Assembly: GCA_965218975.1 (NCBI GenBank)
Contig: OZ244717.1
Coordinates: forward strand, 896,001-960,000
Direction of reading: 5' to 3'
Length of the DNA stretch: 64,000 nt
From: Candidatus Oxydemutatoraceae bacterium
GTDB lineage: Bacteria; Pseudomonadota; Gammaproteobacteria; Poriferisulfidales; Oxydemutatoraceae
Below, in pieces: positions 56,201-62,200 of the stretch (positions within the stretch are counted from its first letter, which is position 1; every line of letters begins with the position of its first letter). The notes under the pieces are model-generated. The model did not search any database and was not told the origin of the DNA. It was given only the letters and a program-made list of their open reading frames with translations. The position numbers and the translations under genes are program-made.

Positions 56201-59200
56201 GCGTAGTAGCGGTCTTATCTTTTTTCCTACCGTAATGCTGAGATCTGAGAGGTTTATTACTATTGATAACGCGGTTGTCGAGACCGAAGAATTCTTTTCG
56301 GTGAGAATTAGATCTGTAATGGCATCGGATCCCGCCGATGAGGTGGTGATCGGTCAGGGCGAAGCGACGATTACCATCATTGATAACGATTCGCCTCCTA
56401 TCTGGAGTTTAGACATGTTGCCGAGTAGTGTCAGTGAAAGTAGAGACACCGCGGTGCCGATTGTGATGAAGCGGATGCGTGATTTACTTGACAGAGGATA
56501 TCCGCTGACGCTTGAGTTGGGGGGGACGGCGACGTTCGGCGAAGACTACGTTATCACGGATATGGATGACAATCCGTTCGCGTTACCGCTTACATTCCCT
56601 GCGCCGTATATTGCCGATGATGTGTTTGATCTTCGGACAGATAAAACAGTCGAATTCCGCTTAGTGATAACAGACGACGCGGTGTTTGAGGGAGCCGAGA
56701 CGATTGAGCTGCGATTAACTACGACGGACCCTGACGTTACGATAGGCAGCGATACGACTCAGACGATCACGATCATCGACAACGATGCGGTGCCGGTATT
56801 GTCTCTAACGGTCGGTGCGACCACCATTGAAGAGGGAGCATCGGTCGATATTACAGTGATGACGAACGAGTCGGTATATGCCGAAGATCAAACGATCACG
56901 TTAGAGTTTGCCGGCGATGCGATGCCTGAGGACGACTATACGGTAATGGTCGACAGCTTGCCGCTGTCGTCGCCGTATGAGTTGACTTTGCCGGCGGGGT
57001 TGTCTTCGATAACCGCAACGATCATGGCGACAGACGACCGAGCGGACGAAGCGAATGAGACGATCACACTAACCGCCCGGCATGAAGGCGACACAATCGG
57101 CGAGGAAACGATCACGATCATTGACGATGATGCGGCGCCGGAGTTGGATTTGTCGGTGAGCGAGACCACCATCGACGAAGGGGCATCGGGCGATATCGAA
57201 GTGGGAATCACGAACGAATCGGTATTTGCCGAAGATCAAACGATTACGTTAGAGTTTGCCGGCGAGGCGACGCCTGAGGGCGACTATACGGTAATGGTCG
57301 GAGGTTCGTTGCTGTCGTCGCCGTATCAAGTGATTTTACCGGCGGGGTCGTCTTCGGTAAGCGCAATGATCATGGCGCTAATAGACGACATGACGGCTGA
57401 GGGGAATGAGACGATTATGATTACCGCCCGGCATGAAGGCGACATGATCGGCGAGGAAACGATCACGATCATTGATAACGTAGCGCCGGCATTCAGCGAT
57501 GCGGTAAGTTTTGCGGTCAACGAAGGACAGACGACGGTCGGCGTTGTGACGGCTGAGGATGCGAACCCGCAAGACGAGGCAATGTATTCGATTACCGGTG
57601 GGGCGGATGATGCCCTGTTTGATATTGACTCGTCTTCGGGTGAGTTGAGTTTCGCCACTGCACCGGACTATGAGAATCCGGCGGATGCGGATACGGATAA
57701 CGTTTATGTGCTCACGGTGACGGCAATCGGCGGCACGGACGCTCGAGCGTTGACGACGACGCAAGAGATTACGGTAACGGTGCTTGATGTGCCTACGACG
57801 GTCACGATTACGGCAGACAAGGCAGAGGTCACGGAAGGCGAGTCGGCGGTGTTTACATTCAGTCGGACCGACGCGACGGATGCGCCGGCATTGACGGTGA
57901 ACATTACGGTAGATGATCCTGCCGGAGCGCTTGCGACTGCGCTGCCTGGTATGGTGACTTTTGACGCCGGTTCTGCGAGAACGGTGCTTAGCCTTGCCAC
58001 CGTCATTGATGAGGCGTTTGGCGTCAGGACGGTGATGGTTACCGTGAACGATGGTATGGGTTATGAGGTCGGTATTGAGAATAGCGCCGAGGTGCGGGTG
58101 ATTGACGTCAACGTGGCACCGGTATTCAGCGATGCGGAAAGTTTTGAGGTCAACGAAGGGCAGACGGCAATCGGCACGGTGACGGCTGCGGATGCGAACA
58201 TAGAAGACGAGGTGATGTATTCGGTTACCGGCGGGGCGGATGATGCTCTGTTTGCAATTGACTCGTCTTCGGGCGAATTGAGTTTCGCCACCGCACCGGA
58301 CTATGAGAATCCGGCGGATGCGGATGAAGACAATAACTACATGCTCATCGTGACGGCGGCCGGCGGCACGGACGCTCGGGCGTTGACGACGACGCAAGCG
58401 ATTACGGTGACGGTGCTTGATGTGCCGACGACGATCACGATTACGGCAGAAGACCCGACGGTCACGGAAGGCGAGCCAGCGGTGTTCACGTTCAGCCGGA
58501 CCGACGCGACGGATGCGCTTGCATTGACGGTGAACATTACGGTAGACGATTCCGGCGGAGTGCTTGCGGATGCGGCGCCTGATACGATTACTTTTGCTGC
58601 CGATTCTGCGACAACGGCGCTCAGTCTTGCCACCGACGACGATACGCTTGAAGAAGACGACAGCACGGTGACGGTTACCGTCATAGGCGGTATGGATTAT
58701 GCGGTCGGTATTGAGAATAGTGCCGAGGTGCGGGTGAACGACAACGACGTTAACGTGGCGCCGGCATTCATCAGTGCAGCAAGTTTTGAGGTCAACGAAG
58801 GGGAGACGGTAGTCGGCACGGTGACGGCTGAGGATGCGAACCGGCAAGACGAGGTAACGTATTCGGTTACCGGCGGTGCGGATGATGCCTTGTTTGATAT
58901 CGACTCGTCTTCGGGCGAACTGATCTTCACAACTGCACCGGACTATGAGAATCCGGCAGATGTGGATACGGATAACGTTTATATGCTCATCGTGACGGCG
59001 GCCGGCGGCACAGACGCTCGGGCATTGACGACGACGCAAGAGATTACGGTGACGGTGCTTGATGTGCCTACGACAATTACGATTACGGCGGACAAAGCAG
59101 AGGTTACGGAAGGCGAGTCGGTGGTGTTTACATTCAGTCGGACCGACGCGACGGATGTGCCAAATTTGTTTGTGAACATTACGGTAGTTGCAACCGACGA

Positions 59201-62200
59201 AGTGCTTGCGGATGCGGCGCCTGGTATGGTGACTTTTGACGCCGGTTCTACGACAACGGTACTTAGCCTTGCCACTGTCATTGATGAAATGATTGGCGAC
59301 AGAACGGTGACGGTTACCGTGAACGACGGTGTGGATTATGCGGTCGGTATTGAGAATAGTGCTGAGGTGCGGGTGGTTGACGTCAACGTGGCGCCGGTAT
59401 TCAGCAGTATGCCAAGTTTTGAGGTCAACGAAGGGGAGACGGTAGTCGGCACGGTGACGGCTGAGGATGCGAACCCGCAAGACGAGGCAATGTATTCGAT
59501 TACCGGTGGGGCGGATGAGACCTTGTTCACCATTGACGACCCGTCTTCGGGTGAATTGAGTTTCGTCACCGCGCCGGACTTTGAGAATGCGGCGGATGCG
59601 GATGCGGATAACGTTTATATGCTCATCGTGACGGCAATCGGCGGCACGGACGCTCGAGCGTTGACGACGACGCAAGAGATTACGGTGACGGTGCTTGATG
59701 TGGCTACGACGATCACGATTACGGCGGACAAAGCAGAGGTTACGGAAGGCGAGCTGGCGGTGTTTACATTCAGTCGGACCGACGCGACGGATGCGCTGGC
59801 ATTGACGGTGAACATTACGGTAGATGATCCTGCCGGAGCGCTTGCGACTGCGCTGCCTGGTATGGTGACTTTTGACGCCGGTTCTGCGCGAACGGTGCTT
59901 AGCCTTGCCACCGTCATTGATGAGGCGTTTGGCGTCAGGACGGTGATGGTTACCGTGAACGACGGTATGGGTTATGAGGTCGGTATTGAGAATAGCGCCG
60001 AGGTGCGGGTGATTGACGTCAACGTGGCACCGGTATTCAGCAGTGCGGAAAGTTTTGAGGTCGACGAAGGGGAGACGGTAGTCGGCACGGTGACGGCTGC
60101 GGATGCGAACATAGAAGACGAGGTGATGTATTCGGTTACCAACGGCGCGGATCAAGATCAGTTTACTATTGACCCGTCTTCGGGCGAATTGAGTTTCGCC
60201 ACCGCACCGGACTTTGAGAATGCGGCGGATGCAGATACGGATAACGTTTATATGCTCATCGTGACGGCGGCCGGCGGCACGGACGCTCGGGCGTTGACGA
60301 CGACGCAAGAGATTGCGGTGACGGTGCTTGATGTGGCTACGACGATTACGATTACGGCAGAAGACCCGACGGTCACGGAAGGCGAGCCGGCGGTGTTCAC
60401 GTTCACCCGGACCGACGCGACGGATGCGCTGGCATTGACGGTGAACATTACGGTAGACGATTCCGGCGGAGTGCTTGCGGATGCGGCGCCTGATACGATT
60501 ACTTTTGACGCCGATTCTGCGACAACGGTGCTCAACCTTGCCACCATTGATGATACGCTTGAAGAAGACGACAGCACGGTGACGGTTACCGTGAACGACG
60601 GTGTGGATTATGCGGTCGGTATTGAGAATAGTGCCGAGGTGCGGGTGAACGACAACGACGGGCCGTTAACGATCTCGTTCGTCACGACCGAGTATATGGT
60701 CAATGAAAGCGATAGAGAGGTAAGGTTCGAACTCAGACTGAGCGACGAAAGACCGCTGCGCGGCAATATAAACGTTGACTTAACGGCAAGCGACGGCAGC
60801 GCGGTCCTTCATGAGGATTATTCCCCGAGAGTTAGTGTTACTATCTATACTCCTATATCAGTTCTGATGAGAACTGTGCAGTATTTCATTATCGATGACG
60901 ATGTCTTCGAAACCGAAGAATTCTTTTCGTTGAGGATTTCCGGTGTAACGACGTTTCATAGCGACGATGAGGTGGTGATCGGTCAGGGGCGCGTAGCGAC
61001 GGTTACCATCATTGATGACGATTTGCCTCCTATCTGGAGTTTGGACATGTTGCCGAGTAGTGTCAGTGAAAGTAGGGACACCGCGGTGCCGATTGTGATG
61101 AGGCGGATGCGTGATTTACTTGACAGAGGATATCCGCTGACGCTTGAGTTGGGGGGGACGGCGACGTTCGGCGAAGACTACGTTATCACGGATATGGATG
61201 ACAATTCGTTCGCGTTACCGCTTACATTCCCTGCGCCGTATATTGCCGATGATGTGTTTGATCTTCGGACAGATAAAACAGTCGAATTCCGCTTAGTGAT
61301 AACAGACGACGCGGTGTTTGAGGGAGCCGAGACGATTGAGCTGCGATTAACTACGACGGACCCTGACGTTACGATAGGCAGCGATACGACTCAGACGATT
61401 ACGATCATCGACAACGATGCGGTGCCGGTGTTGTCTCTGACGGTCGGTGCAACCGCAATCAATGAAGGCGCATTGACCGATATCGAAGTGGGAATCACGA
61501 ACGAGTCGGTATATGCCGAAGATCAAACGATCACGTTAGAGTTTGCCGGCGATGCGATGCCTGAGGACGACTATACGGTAATGGTCGGAGATTCGCCGTT
61601 GTCATCGCCGTATGTGTTGACTTTGCCGGCGGGGTTGTCTTCGGTAACCGCAACGATCATGGCGACAGACGACATGACGGCTGAGGGGAATGAGACGATC
61701 ACACTAACCGCCCGGCATGAAGGCGACACAATCGGCGAGGAAACGATTACGATCATTGACGATGATGCGGCGCCGGAGTTGGATTTGTCGGTGAGCGAGA
61801 CCACCATTGACGAAGGCGCATTGACCGATATTGAAGTGGGAATCACGAACGAGTCGGTATATGCCGAAGATCAAACGATCACATTAGAGTTTGCCGGTGA
61901 GGCGACGCCTGAGGACGACTATACAGTAATGGTCGGAGGTTCGTTGCTGTCGTCGCCGTATCAAGTGATTTTACCGGCGGGGTCGTCTTCGGTAAGCGCA
62001 ATGATCATGGCGCTAATAGACGACATGATGGCTGAGGGGAATGAGACGATTATGATTACCGCCCGGCATGAAGGCGAAATGATCGGCGAGGTAACGATCA
62101 CGATCATTGATAACACGGCGCCGGTCTTCAGCGATGCGGTAAGTTTTGAGGTCGACGAAGGACAGACGACGGTCGGCGTTGTGACGGCTGAGGATGCGAA

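Noticed and set aside
39426-61022. Diversity-generating retroelement as the cause of the variable patches
   Set aside because: No RT, avd or template repeat is visible, and the variants include indels; it remains testable genome-wide
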